Assembly (NCBI GenBank): GCA_034670305.1
Contig: JAXMNT010000041.1
Location: forward strand, 9,862 to 73,861
Direction of reading: 5' to 3'
Origin: Deltaproteobacteria bacterium
GTDB lineage: Bacteria > Myxococcota_A > Polyangia > Polyangiales > Houyiibacteriaceae
Length of the DNA stretch: 64,000 nucleotides
A program made the position numbers and the translations under genes. The notes under the pieces were generated by a model, which was not told where the DNA came from, did not search any database, and saw only the letters and a program-made list of their open reading frames with translations. Shown piece by piece: positions 46,548 through 56,473 of the stretch. Numbering within the stretch: the first letter of the stretch is position 1; each line of letters opens with the position of its first letter.

Positions 46548-47216
46548 GTGGGCGCGAACCTGGGCGCGCGGTGGGCCACCCTGAACGCCGCCGCGCGGCT
46601 CGCTGCTGGACGGGGGCTGACGCTCGAACGCCGAGCGTCCGTGTACGAGACACCAGCGCTCGTGCCTGAGGGCGCGCCGGCTGGGCCAGCGTTCTTGAAC
46701 ACCGCGTGGCGGGTGCGGTTCGCGGGCTCAGCGAGCAACTTGCTGGCCACGCTCTTGACCATCGAACGACACCTCGGACGCGATCGCGCCGCCGGTCGGT
46801 GGTCGGCGCGCACCTTGGACCTCGACCTGCTCTGGCTAGAGACCGGCGGCCGCGCCGTGCGGGTCGACCTTCCCCAGCTCCAAGTGCCGCACCCGGCACT
46901 CCGCCAGCGGGCGTTCGCCCTGGCGCCGCTGCTCGACGTCGCGCCCGAGTTGCGCCACCTCCGCCCACACCTTCGGGAGATCCCTCGCCGCCTGCATGGC
47001 CCACCGGACACTCCGGAGGAAGCGCGCGCCGCCGAACTCTCTCGCCAACTGCGATCCGCGCGCCACGCCACGACCGGTTGGCAGTGCGTGGTCCTTCGAG
47101 CGGGAGAGCCGATGCCGCCCGAATGGTCCACCGCTGCGGTGACCGTTCAGCGGGCGGGCTTGGACGAGATCCGCTACCTGGTGGGGTCCACCAAACGGGA
47201 CTGTCGTTTCCGGTGA
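46548..47216 (+). CDS. folK: 2-amino-4-hydroxy-6-hydroxymethyldihydropteridine diphosphokinase; true start probably upstream of 46548
   Basis: (VAIVG)VGANLG, SVYETP, FLN, IERHLGR, RWSARTLDLDLL, VPHP..RAFALAPL. Confidence 0.9.
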   Translation: MGANLGARWATLNAAARLAAGRGLTLERRASVYETPALVPEGAPAGPAFLNTAWRVRFAGSASNLLATLLTIERHLGRDRAAGRWSARTLDLDLLWLETGGRAVRVDLPQLQVPHPALRQRAFALAPLLDVAPELRHLRPHLREIPRRLHGPPDTPEEARAAELSRQLRSARHATTGWQCVVLRAGEPMPPEWSTAAVTVQRAGLDEIRYLVGSTKRDCRFR

Positions 47217-47284
47217 CTTCCGAGTAACCTTGCCCGGCAAAGACAGGGCCCCGACGACCTTCTTGGACCGGGGATCAGGAGACG

Positions 47285-49096
47285 ATGGCCGACACCCGCA
47301 AGGATCGACGAGCACCCCTCGAACTCAAGGTTCGCTTCAAGAGCGCAACACTCGACGACTTCGTCGATCAGTACAGCGCCGACATCTCGCGGGGAGGCAT
47401 CTACATCAAGTCGAAGCGCCCGCTGAAGGTGGGCACCCTCCTCAAGTTCGAGTTCCAGTTGAAAGACCAGACCTCGCTCATCCATGGGGTGGGCCGCGTG
47501 GTCTGGGTCAAGCAGCCGGAGGACGAAGGCCCGATCCCGCCGGGCATGGGCATCAAGTTCATCAAGATGGACGCGGAGAGCCGTGCCCTCGTGCAGGACA
47601 TCGTCAGCAAGCGCGGCGACGGCCCCGGACGCTTCGACACCGGCTCCGAGAAGGAGTCGATGTTCCCGGACGAGGGTCCAGCGGAACTCCCGCCCCCGGA
47701 GGACCGGACCAGCGTTCGACACGCGAGTGAGTTCCTGGCCGAAGCGCTCGCAGGCGCGGGCGGTTCCTCGGCGGAAGAAGCCGAGGCGGAGGCGGAAGCC
47801 GCCCGCAAACGCACCGAAGAGATTCAGGCCAAACGCGCGGCCGAAGAGAAGGCACGCAAACAAGCGGCCGACAAGAAGCCCGAGCCGGCCGCCGAACCCG
47901 ACGACGCCGGCGACGGGTTCGACGAGTCGCCCACCCGCGTGGTGGATCGCTCGTCGATCGAAGACCTGGCCGAAGAGAGCAAAGAGGCGCTCGACGTCGA
48001 CGTGGACGAGTCCGCGGACACGGTCTCCTCCAGCGACTCCAAGAAGGCTGCGGCCGAAGAAGCCAAACGCGTGGCCGAGGCGAAGAAGTCCAAAGACGAG
48101 AAGTCTGGGAAGTCCGCCCAAGCCGAGGCGCCGCAGAAGGACCGGGAAGAGAAGAAGGACTCCTTCCGTCCGCCGCCCAAGCAGCGCACCCTCAAGACCG
48201 ATCCGCCCCCGCCTCAAGAAGAAGAAGGCGGCAGCAAACTCCCGCTCATTCTCTTCTTGCTGCTGCTCGTCGGTGGCGGCGCCGGTTGGTACTTCTTGTA
48301 CGGGCCCGGAAAGACGCCGGATCCGGTCGCGAACATCGAACCGGAGGTCGAGCCCGAGGTCGAACCCGAGGTCGAGCCCGAGGTCGAACCGGAAGTCGAA
48401 CCTGAGGTCGTCATGGCGACGCTCTCCATTCGTTCCGAGCCAGCGGGCGCGCGCATCCTCCTCGACGGAGAAGAAGTCGGCGTCACGCCGGCCGATGTCG
48501 AAGCGCCGCTCGGCGAGTCGGTCGTCGTGCGGCTGCAACTCGCGGGTCACGCGGCCACGGAGCAGACCGTCGAGGTCGCGGAAGAGAACCCGCCGATCGA
48601 CGCGGAGCTCGCCGCGCTCCCCTACATCTTGACGGTCGTGACCGATCCCGAAGGGGCGCGGGTCCGCATCGCGGGACAGACCGTCACCGGTCCGGGTGAG
48701 ATCACGCTGCCGAGCTGGGACAGCGAACAGCAGGCGACCGCGACAGCGAGCGGCCGACAGACGGCCAGCGCGGTCGTGCGGGCCGAGGACTTCAGCGCCG
48801 CGCCGGACGCGATGCGCTACACGTTGCGACTCTCCCTCGAAGCGCGCGCCAGCAGCATGGGGTCGAGCATGGTCACCACCATGATGGAGACCGCGATGGA
48901 GACGGTGATGGAGACCGCGATGGAAACCGCGATGGAAACCGCGATGGAAACCGTCATGGAGACCACGATGGAGACCGTCATGGAGACCACGATGGAGACC
49001 GCGATGGAAACCACCATGGAGACCGTCGTCATGGAAGTGCCGATCGTGATGGAGTCCGCCATGACGGACATGGCCCCCCCAGAAAACCCCTTCTGA
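47285..49096 (+). CDS. TIGR02266-type PilZ-domain membrane protein with PEGA domains and Met-rich tail
   Basis: RKDRR (RxxxR), DISRGG (DxSxxG), GMGIKF; TM helix; (EPEV)n; IRSEPAGARILLDGEEVGVTP; (METx)n. Confidence 0.88.
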   Translation: MADTRKDRRAPLELKVRFKSATLDDFVDQYSADISRGGIYIKSKRPLKVGTLLKFEFQLKDQTSLIHGVGRVVWVKQPEDEGPIPPGMGIKFIKMDAESRALVQDIVSKRGDGPGRFDTGSEKESMFPDEGPAELPPPEDRTSVRHASEFLAEALAGAGGSSAEEAEAEAEAARKRTEEIQAKRAAEEKARKQAADKKPEPAAEPDDAGDGFDESPTRVVDRSSIEDLAEESKEALDVDVDESADTVSSSDSKKAAAEEAKRVAEAKKSKDEKSGKSAQAEAPQKDREEKKDSFRPPPKQRTLKTDPPPPQEEEGGSKLPLILFLLLLVGGGAGWYFLYGPGKTPDPVANIEPEVEPEVEPEVEPEVEPEVEPEVVMATLSIRSEPAGARILLDGEEVGVTPADVEAPLGESVVVRLQLAGHAATEQTVEVAEENPPIDAELAALPYILTVVTDPEGARVRIAGQTVTGPGEITLPSWDSEQQATATASGRQTASAVVRAEDFSAAPDAMRYTLRLSLEARASSMGSSMVTTMMETAMETVMETAMETAMETAMETVMETTMETVMETTMETAMETTMETVVMEVPIVMESAMTDMAPPENPF

Positions 49097-49140
49097 CATC
49101 TCATCGCGGCCCGAGAGCGCCCACCGGACCCGAGGGCGCG

Positions 49141-49207
49141 CGACGCGGCGCAGGCGAGCGAAGCGAGCAGCCGTGTCACCGGGACGGGGTTGGGAGCGGC
49201 GCCAAGA
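49141..49207 (+). repeat. Dispersed REP-like element, copy 3 (intergenic)
   Basis: CGACGCGGCGCAGGCGAGCGAAGCGAGCAGCCGTGTCACCGGGACGGGGTTGGGAGCGGCGCCAAGA aligns end to end with copy 1. Confidence 0.75.
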
Positions 49208-49302
49208 AAGAAGACCCGCAGTCTCGTGAAGCGCGCCAGCTCGTGGGCGGCGGCAGGAAATGAACAACGGACGTGGTCCATGCGTCTGTACACTTCGTAC
49301 CC

Positions 49303-50049
49303 ATGCGACCGCTCCATCTGCTCCTCCTCTTCGCGCTGACTTTCGCCGCGACCTCCGCCACGTCCGCCGAGGCTCAGCCCCCGGACGTCGCAGCGGCGCG
49401 GGGGCGCGCGGCGCGGGCGATCGACTGCGTGGCGCGTTTGCACCGCACGCTCGGCACCCAGCTGCAGCTGCTGCGCGAGGCCCAGGCGCAGCTCAACGTC
49501 TCCGACACCGAGTTGCGCGAAGCCGCCGCCCACACCGTTCAGTCGATCGAACAGCGCATCGACGACCTCGGGGAGCAGCTGCGCGCCTGTGTGCCGCGGT
49601 CGGCGCGCCTCGAGACGCAGGTCCGGGTCGAGGAGCACAGTGGTGCGGAAGCCGCGGTGGGCCAAGAGAACGCGCACACCCAACGGGTCGAGGCGGACGC
49701 CGCGTTGACCCAGTACGTACACGTCCAGGTCGGTGAACGGGTGGACGGGCACGGACAGCTTCCGGTGGCGACCGTACGGCAGATGGTCCATGGGATCGGA
49801 GCCCGCCTCGGGCGGTGTTACGACCAACTGGCGGAGCGCAGCAGCCTCGAGCGCGGCACCCTCGTGCTCTCCTTCACGGTTGACGGGCGAGGTCGGGTCC
49901 AGCGCGTGCGGGTGGAAGCCCAGCACATCGGCGACAGCCACTTCAACCGGTGTGTGCGGCACGCTGGACAGCGGATGCGCGCGGGCGCTTCCCCAAGCGG
50001 GGGAGACGTGCGATACGCGTACACCCTGCGATTTGGCCCAGCACGCTAG
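49303..50049 (+). CDS. Exported protein with AgmX/PglI C-terminal (TonB-C-like) domain
   Basis: Signal peptide from ATG 49303; LGRCYDQ...GTLVLSFTVDGRGRV...NRCV...YTLRF. Confidence 0.78.
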   Translation: MRPLHLLLLFALTFAATSATSAEAQPPDVAAARGRAARAIDCVARLHRTLGTQLQLLREAQAQLNVSDTELREAAAHTVQSIEQRIDDLGEQLRACVPRSARLETQVRVEEHSGAEAAVGQENAHTQRVEADAALTQYVHVQVGERVDGHGQLPVATVRQMVHGIGARLGRCYDQLAERSSLERGTLVLSFTVDGRGRVQRVRVEAQHIGDSHFNRCVRHAGQRMRAGASPSGGDVRYAYTLRFGPAR

Positions 50050-50115
50050 GAAATCTGCCGGCAGAGTTCCGCGGGTTTGCCAAGCGACCCCCAGATTGGG
50101 TAGGTTCCGCTCGGC

Positions 50116-51846
50116 TTGAACTTTTCGTCCCCACGGGATCGGCGCGCCCGGTGGGTGGGCCTCCACCTCGGCCACTGGTTGATTCTGCTCTTGTCGCTTG
50201 TGGTCACCACGGCCGCTTGGTGGTTCAGCGACCAGCAGATCAGACACCAGACCGACGCGCGCTTCGAACAAGAGACCCATCGGGTGCGTTCGCTGATCGT
50301 CGAGCGGATGGAGACCTACGAAGACGCGCTCATCGCTGGCATCGGGACCATCGACGCGCTCGGCGGCGAAGTCAGTACGGCCGAGTGGGCTCGGTTCGCG
50401 GGTTCGCTGCGACTCGAACGACGCTACCCGGGCATCCACGGCATCGGGGTCATCGAACAGGTCCACGACGTCCAGGCCTACGAGGCCCAGCAACGTCTGG
50501 ACCGGCCCGACTTCCACATCTTTCCGGCACACGAACGGGACGAGTGGTTGCCGATCATCTTTGTCGAACCGTTGGCCGACAACTCCCGCGCGGTCGGCCT
50601 GGACATGGCGCACGAGGACAACCGCTACCAGGCTGCCGTCCGCGCGAGGGCGTCGGGCACGACTCAGATCACGGGGCCGATCGCCCTGGTTCAGGAAGAC
50701 GAGCCGACCCCCGGGTTCTTGATCTTCGCGCCCCGGTACGAAGGCCCGACCGCCACCGCTGCGGAACGCCGTGATTCGTTCAAGCAGTTCGTGTACGCGC
50801 CGTTCGTCGTCCACCGGTTGATGGAAGGTGTGCTGGCGCGCGACACCCGATTGGTCGACGTGCGCGTGACGGATGCGGACGAAGTGACCTTCGACGAGAT
50901 CGAAGACGACCCGGCCCGACGCCGGGGCTCGGAGGCGATGCCCTTCTACGGACGGACCTGGCAACTGGACTACCAAGCGACGCCTGGGTTCGCGCGGGCC
51001 ACCGCGTCTGCTCAACCGCTCTTGATCCTCATCGCCGGACTGACCATCGATCTGGTGCTGCTCTTCCTGTTTCTCACGATCGCACGCGCCCGGGAACGTG
51101 CGGAGCTCGCCGCCACGCAGCTCCAGGAGAAACACGCCCAGGCCGTCGCCTCCAACGAGGACCTCGAACGGTTCGCCTACGTCGCGTCGCACGATCTGCG
51201 GGAACCATTGCGCATGGTGACGTCGTACCTCGGGGTGCTGCGCGAGCAGCTCGACGGACGGCTCAACGAGATGGAGCAGACGTCCCTCGGCTTTGCGCTC
51301 GAAGGCGGCACGCGCATGCAGCAGTTGCTGGACGCGCTGCTCGCGTACGGACGCGCGGGTCGAGAGGTGGATGTCGACGCAGTGGTCGATCTGGACGAGG
51401 TCATGGCCGAGGTGGCGGACACGCTGGCGCCGCTTCGCGAAAAAACTGGTGGGTCGCTCGACGTGTCGGTTCTGGGACAGGTCACGGGCAACCGGGTGCT
51501 CCTCACCCAGCTGCTCCAGAACCTCGTCTCCAATGGGTTCAAGTACCACCGCGAAGGCGTGGCGCCGCAGGTCGAGGTGCGCGCCGTGCCGGATGGCGAA
51601 CATGTGGTGTTGTCGGTGCGAGACAACGGCCTCGGGATCGAAACCGAACACTTGGAGCGCATCTTCGAACCGTTCAAACGACTCCACCGCCACGCCGACC
51701 TCGAGGGGTCCGGCGTGGGGCTCGCCATCTGCGCGCGGGTGGCCGAGCGACACGGCACCCAGATCGAAGTGCATTCTGAACTCGGATGCGGCGCCACCTT
51801 CTCTGTTCGACTCGCACGCCCCAACGCCCCACCGGAGCCGCCATGA
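50116..51846 (+). CDS. CHASE-domain sensor histidine kinase
   Basis: YPGIHGIG, AVGLDM, ITGPIALVQ; H-box FAYVASHDLREPL; NLVSNGFKY, DNGLGI, GSGVGLAIC. Confidence 0.93.
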   Translation: MNFSSPRDRRARWVGLHLGHWLILLLSLVVTTAAWWFSDQQIRHQTDARFEQETHRVRSLIVERMETYEDALIAGIGTIDALGGEVSTAEWARFAGSLRLERRYPGIHGIGVIEQVHDVQAYEAQQRLDRPDFHIFPAHERDEWLPIIFVEPLADNSRAVGLDMAHEDNRYQAAVRARASGTTQITGPIALVQEDEPTPGFLIFAPRYEGPTATAAERRDSFKQFVYAPFVVHRLMEGVLARDTRLVDVRVTDADEVTFDEIEDDPARRRGSEAMPFYGRTWQLDYQATPGFARATASAQPLLILIAGLTIDLVLLFLFLTIARARERAELAATQLQEKHAQAVASNEDLERFAYVASHDLREPLRMVTSYLGVLREQLDGRLNEMEQTSLGFALEGGTRMQQLLDALLAYGRAGREVDVDAVVDLDEVMAEVADTLAPLREKTGGSLDVSVLGQVTGNRVLLTQLLQNLVSNGFKYHREGVAPQVEVRAVPDGEHVVLSVRDNGLGIETEHLERIFEPFKRLHRHADLEGSGVGLAICARVAERHGTQIEVHSELGCGATFSVRLARPNAPPEPP

Positions 51847-52265
51847 AGATCCTTCGATCCGTCCTCGTCATCGACGACAACCCGGCGGACGCCCACTTCG
51901 TGCGTCTGAAGTGGATGCCGACGGGCCGCGTCGGGACCCTGGCCGTGGCGAACGGCGGGGAGGCCGCGCTCGAGATTCTGCGGGATCCGAAACGCTGCGC
52001 GGAGTTGTTCGAGGGGCGGCCGGTGCCCGATCTCATCTTGCTCGACATCAACATGCCGCGGATGGATGGATTCGAGTTCCTCGAGCGCTACCAGCCGAAC
52101 ACGCTGCCGCCGGCCATCATCCTCCACACCTCGTCCGCCGAGCCCGAGGATCGACAACGGGCGAGCGCGCTCGGCGCCCACGGTTTGCTCCTCAAACCTC
52201 CCAAGCCGCGCGATGTGATCCGACTCGCGGAGGAGTACGGCCACGAAGTTGCGTCGCCTCTCTGA
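51843..52265 (+). CDS. Single-domain response regulator
   Basis: VLVIDDN, PDLILLDINMPRMDGFE, TSS, LLKP; ATGA overlap with the kinase. Confidence 0.92.
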   Translation: MKILRSVLVIDDNPADAHFVRLKWMPTGRVGTLAVANGGEAALEILRDPKRCAELFEGRPVPDLILLDINMPRMDGFEFLERYQPNTLPPAIILHTSSAEPEDRQRASALGAHGLLLKPPKPRDVIRLAEEYGHEVASPL

Positions 52266-52284
52266 GGTCGGGTCGTGCGAGACG

Positions 52285-52350
52285 AGTGCTGGCCTCGGGA
52301 ATCGCAGTGCTGGCTGTGGGAATCGCAGTGCTGGCTGTGGGAATCGCAGT
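52285..52350. repeat. 21-bp tandem repeat AGTGCTGGCTGTGGGAATCGC x3
   Basis: Units at 52285, 52306 and 52327 between convergent genes. Confidence 0.9.
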
Positions 52351-52358
52351 CCTGAGCG

Positions 52359-53105
52359 TCAGGACTGGCGGACGACGCGGACGAACGCGCGGATGCCTTG
52401 CAGCAGTTCGCGGTCTTCGGTGAGTTTGGCCATGGAGCGTTCGAGCTCGAGCAGCACGGTGTTCACCTTCTCGTCGTACCGTCCCTCGCGCAGACGCGCG
52501 GCGTGTTCTCTGGTCTCGAGATCCTTCTCCAGCCGCGCGTCGGCTTCGCTCAACATCGGGAGCTCCGAGTCCGCGATCTGCGCGAGGCGAAGTTCGGCTT
52601 CCCGGAGCCGTCCACGAAGTTCGACCACGTCTTCGCGCGGGTAGCGGGCGCGCTGGCGCAGGTCGAGCAAGCGTCGGCGCAAGTGTTGGTACGCCGCGCC
52701 AATCGGCCGGAGCACCAACCCGAGCACGAAGAACCCGGCGAACAGATACCCGACTTGCCCGCCGGTCGCGTAGGTCACGCCAGCGACGGTCCCGGCGCCG
52801 AGGAGGTGCAGGCCGACCGCGACCGCGAGCAGACGCGGTGCCATGCGCCGGGCGACATCGCGGTCGCCGGCCGTCACCTCGACGCCGCGTGCTTCGCTCT
52901 CCTTCTGCTCGTAGGCGAGCTCGCGGGCCGAGAAGTAGAGGTCCCACGGGAGCCAGACCACGGCCCACAACGCCACCAGCGCGACCGCCCCCATGCCGAG
53001 GTCGAGTGCGTGGGTTGCGTTCAACCATCCCATCCAACCGGCGAACACGCCGGTGAGTACGAAGAGCGTGAGGAGCCAGACAAAGGCGGTACCGGTGCGT
53101 CGCAT
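52359..53105 (-). CDS. Hypothetical membrane protein (about 4 TM) with C-terminal coiled coil
   Basis: ATG 53105 MRRTGTAFVWLL; VWLPWDLYFSAR; upstream extension in the track is repeat DNA. Confidence 0.78.
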   Translation of the reverse strand: MRRTGTAFVWLLTLFVLTGVFAGWMGWLNATHALDLGMGAVALVALWAVVWLPWDLYFSARELAYEQKESEARGVEVTAGDRDVARRMAPRLLAVAVGLHLLGAGTVAGVTYATGGQVGYLFAGFFVLGLVLRPIGAAYQHLRRRLLDLRQRARYPREDVVELRGRLREAELRLAQIADSELPMLSEADARLEKDLETREHAARLREGRYDEKVNTVLLELERSMAKLTEDRELLQGIRAFVRVVRQS

Positions 53106-53235
53106 GCGACGGGTAGAGCAACCTCCGTGCCGATGCGAAGAGACCTGAGGAAACCGCGCGGCGTCCGCGGGTCTCTCCCGGGTGAAGCATCGGGTGAAGC
53201 ATCGGGTGTGCGGGGCATGTACATGGGAGGTACGC

Positions 53236-53540
53236 CGCCCGCGCCCGTGCCCTTGCTGCCCTTGCTGCCCGTGCTGCCCGCGCTGCCCTTGGAGATCGAT
53301 CCCGAAGCCGAACCCGAAGCCGATCCCCAAGCCGACGCCGATCCCGAAGCCGAAAGCCGAACGCCGATCGCGATCCCGAAGCCGATCCCGATCCCGAAGC
53401 CGACGCCGATCCCGATCCCGAAGCCGAAGCCGAAGCCGAAGCCGATTCCCGAAGCCGAAGCCGATTCCCGAAGCCGAAGCCGATTCCCGATTCCCGATTC
53501 CCGATCCCGATCCCGATTCCCGATTCCCCGATCCCGGCCC
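53236..53540. repeat. Composite cassette (GCCCKT-like)n-(CCGAAG)n-(CCCGAT/CCCGATT)n
   Basis: Directly visible; lies just downstream of the aldo/keto reductase stop. Confidence 0.93.
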
Positions 53541-53557
53541 GGAGTCGCGAAACCGTC

Positions 53558-54397
53558 TCAGGCGCGGTACGTGCGGGTGAGGCGGGCGGCCAGCGGGGGG
53601 GGCAGGTCGATCGAGGGGGTCGACATGCTGCTGCGCACGTTCTTCTCCGAACTTCCGCCGCAGACCGGGACGAGGCACTCGGACGTGCGCAGAAGCCACG
53701 CCAAGACGACTTCGTGGGGGCTGTGCCCGAGTTGAGTGGCGACCTCTTGCAGCACCGGTTCGTGCGCGACGCGGCCGGCGCGCCACCCGCCCATCGGCGC
53801 GTACCCGAGCAGCGCGATGCCTTCGCGGGCGCAGTACGCCAGCAGATCTCGGTCGGGCGCGACGAAGACGCTCGCTTCGTTCTGCACGCTCACGATCTCA
53901 GCGACCGCGCGGGCACGTTCGACTTCTGCGAGCGTGACGTTCGAGAGGCCGAGCAGCCGTGCTTTGCCTTCGTCTTGGAGCCGCGCGAGCGCGCCCACGC
54001 TCTCTTCGATCGCGACCTCGGCGTCGACCGCGTGCAACTGGAGCAGGTCGATGGTCTCGACCCCGAGCGCCGCAAGCGAACCTTCGCATGCACCGCGCAG
54101 GTGGTCGGGCCGGCCGCAGTGAAGCCACACCGCGCCCTGGCGCACGACCCCGACCTTGGTCGAGAGCAGCACGTCGGGGTGCGCCCGCAGCGCCTTTCCA
54201 ACCAGCCGTTCGTTGTGGTGGGGCGCGTAGATCTCCGGACCGTAGACATCGGCCGTGTCGACGAGCTGTGCGCCCGCTTCGATCGCTGCGTGCACCGTCG
54301 CGATGGCGTCCGCTTCCGCCGGTCCGAGCGAGAGGTTCATCGCGCCGAACGCGACCGGATGAACGAGCCGCCCGGCGACGCGGCGGGGCGGGATCAC
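53558..54397 (-). CDS. Aldo/keto reductase
   Basis: FGAMNL, VDTADVYG, NERLVGKAL, STKVG, IDLLQLH, LGLSN, SVQNE; GTG 54397 overlaps the Hsp70 stop. Confidence 0.92.
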   Translation of the reverse strand: MIPPRRVAGRLVHPVAFGAMNLSLGPAEADAIATVHAAIEAGAQLVDTADVYGPEIYAPHHNERLVGKALRAHPDVLLSTKVGVVRQGAVWLHCGRPDHLRGACEGSLAALGVETIDLLQLHAVDAEVAIEESVGALARLQDEGKARLLGLSNVTLAEVERARAVAEIVSVQNEASVFVAPDRDLLAYCAREGIALLGYAPMGGWRAGRVAHEPVLQEVATQLGHSPHEVVLAWLLRTSECLVPVCGGSSEKNVRSSMSTPSIDLPPPLAARLTRTYRA

Positions 54398-56358
54398 TTC
54401 TTCTTGCGGCCGAAGAGTCCGCGCAGCCGCGAGAAGAACCAACCGAGGCCGGAAGTTTGGGGCTGCAGCCGGTCGAGCGCGTCGTCCGGTCCTTCGTACG
54501 CGCCCAGTTCCTCGAGGACGTGTTCGATCGACGGAAGCCGCTCGACCCGCACGTCGACCGGCGCATCGGAGGCGATCATTTTGCCCGACACCTCCAGCAT
54601 GCACTGGTCGTCGAACGCGAGCGTCAGTTCGATCTCCGAGCCCGGGGGACCCGCTGGGATCGGTTCGATCAAGATCGTCCCGAGGTACTCGTTGTTGCCT
54701 GCGTCGAGGCGTTCGCCCTGGAAGAGCGGGACGCTGTGGCAGGTTTGGTTCTCGCTCGTCGTCTTGAGCACGAACGAGCGGGTGGTCGGAACGGGCGTGT
54801 TGCGAGAGACGAGTCGAAGAAATCGGCGGCCCTTGCCCGCGACCCCGATGGAGAGCGGGAGCACGTCGATGAGCTCGACCGACGTGTCCGTTTCGGCGAG
54901 CAACGCCGCACCCAGCGCCACCGCTTCGTCCGGGTTGATGCGTTTGCTCGGGGGCCGACCGAACAATGCTTCGACCGCCGCCTGCACCTGAGGCAACCGG
55001 GTGGACCCACCCACCAAGAGCACATCGTCGACCGACCGCGGGTCGATGTCCTTGCTCTCGAGGGTCTTCTTCGTGATGTCGACGAGCCGCTGGCAGAAGT
55101 CCGCCGTCAGCTCGGTGAGTTCCTCCTGCGTCATGCTGGACTGCAGGTGGATCTGTTCGCCGTCCACCATGGCGAAGTACTGCAGCTGCACCGCGAACTT
55201 CCGCTGCACGCTCAGCCCCATCTTGCACTGCTCGGCGACTTCTCGGAGTCGAGCGATCTGCTGCGGCTCCGGTTCTACGAACTTGTGGTGTTGCTTCCGG
55301 AACTCTTCCAGCAGGTGGTTGGCGATGCGGTCGTCGACGTCGATGCCTCCGAGGAACGCGTCGCCACCGGTGGCGACCACCTCGAAGCGGTGGCCCGAGA
55401 GTTCCAACAACGACACGTCGAAGGTGCCGCCGCCGAGATCGAACACCAGGAGGCGCGCCTTCTCTTTGCGCCCGTAGCCGTACGCGACGGCGGCGGCCGT
55501 CGGTTCGTTCACGATGCGACCGACCGTCAGTCCGGCGGCTCTCCCGGCCCGTCGAACCGCGGCCCGCTGTGCTTCGCCGAAGTAGGCCGGCACCGTGATC
55601 ACCGCGCGATCGATCGGCTGGCCGAGGTGTGCGGCGGCCATCGCCTTGGCTTCCGCGAGCACCCGCTGCGCCACCTCTTCGAATGAGATCACCTGGTGCC
55701 CAAGCGACGCACCGAACTGATGATCCGCGGTCTCCACGAGCGGGTACGCGAAGTACGGCTGGAACTCGTCCGCGAGCTCTTCGCTGAAGCTGCGGCCAAC
55801 GAGCCGCTTGCTTCCGTACACGGTCTCCTGCGGGTTGAGGATCAGCCGCTTGGCGGCGGGCTGTCCGACCATGATTCGACCGTCGACGAGTGCGAGCACG
55901 CTCGGGATCGTGGTGGTGCCCCAGCGGGTCGGAATGACGATGGGTTTGCCATCGACGACGGCCGAGACGCAGGTGTTGCTGGTGCCGAGGTCGATGCCGA
56001 TCGCGACGCCCACACTCGCGCCGCGTCCACGCAGCCGGGTGGTGACCTTGGCGGTCCGCGGCGGACCTTCTGGCACCTCCGGTTTCACGTCCGCTGCACC
56101 TGCACTGGGAGGCGCCGTCACCCGCGCGGCCGAAAGCACTTCGACGTCGGTGGTCTTCCCGTCCGTCTCGCCCACCCGGATCTTCCCGCGGGCGAGGATC
56201 TTCTGATCCGCGTTGAGCAGCTCCACCGCGACCTCGAGGCCTTCCTCCGGGATGTGGTCGAACGAGATGCGAAGCGTCCGTCGGCCGGCGGCGACGATCG
56301 GGTAGGTCGCGGTGCGGCCGTCGGGCCAGGTGATCCGCGCGTGCTTGGGCTCAGTCAT
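54394..56358 (-). CDS. Atypical Hsp70-family protein with N-terminal extension and no C-terminal lid
   Basis: IGIDLGTSN, ITVPAYF, NEPTAAA, FDLGGGTFDVS, LVGGSTRLP, NPDEAVALGAA, IDVLPLSIG. Confidence 0.92.
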   Translation of the reverse strand: MTEPKHARITWPDGRTATYPIVAAGRRTLRISFDHIPEEGLEVAVELLNADQKILARGKIRVGETDGKTTDVEVLSAARVTAPPSAGAADVKPEVPEGPPRTAKVTTRLRGRGASVGVAIGIDLGTSNTCVSAVVDGKPIVIPTRWGTTTIPSVLALVDGRIMVGQPAAKRLILNPQETVYGSKRLVGRSFSEELADEFQPYFAYPLVETADHQFGASLGHQVISFEEVAQRVLAEAKAMAAAHLGQPIDRAVITVPAYFGEAQRAAVRRAGRAAGLTVGRIVNEPTAAAVAYGYGRKEKARLLVFDLGGGTFDVSLLELSGHRFEVVATGGDAFLGGIDVDDRIANHLLEEFRKQHHKFVEPEPQQIARLREVAEQCKMGLSVQRKFAVQLQYFAMVDGEQIHLQSSMTQEELTELTADFCQRLVDITKKTLESKDIDPRSVDDVLLVGGSTRLPQVQAAVEALFGRPPSKRINPDEAVALGAALLAETDTSVELIDVLPLSIGVAGKGRRFLRLVSRNTPVPTTRSFVLKTTSENQTCHSVPLFQGERLDAGNNEYLGTILIEPIPAGPPGSEIELTLAFDDQCMLEVSGKMIASDAPVDVRVERLPSIEHVLEELGAYEGPDDALDRLQPQTSGLGWFFSRLRGLFGRKKK

Positions 56359-56473
56359 CCGGGGCGATTGTAGACCACCCCGCCCGCCTCCCGGAGGATT
56401 TGGCGAGGCGCCCTCCGAGCCAGAGCGGCCTCGGGGCCGGGGCCGCGCCGCTCGACTGCGCGCTTTCTCAGAG

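Noticed and set aside
48817-51774. 985-aa minus-strand ORF and similar long ORFs (41243-43516, 43233-45956, 61396-63981)
   Set aside because: Antisense shadows of motif-supported genes, common in high-GC DNA.
52285-52350. 21-bp (and 15-bp at 28625) repeats as a CRISPR array
   Set aside because: Units are head-to-tail without unique spacers; no cas genes.
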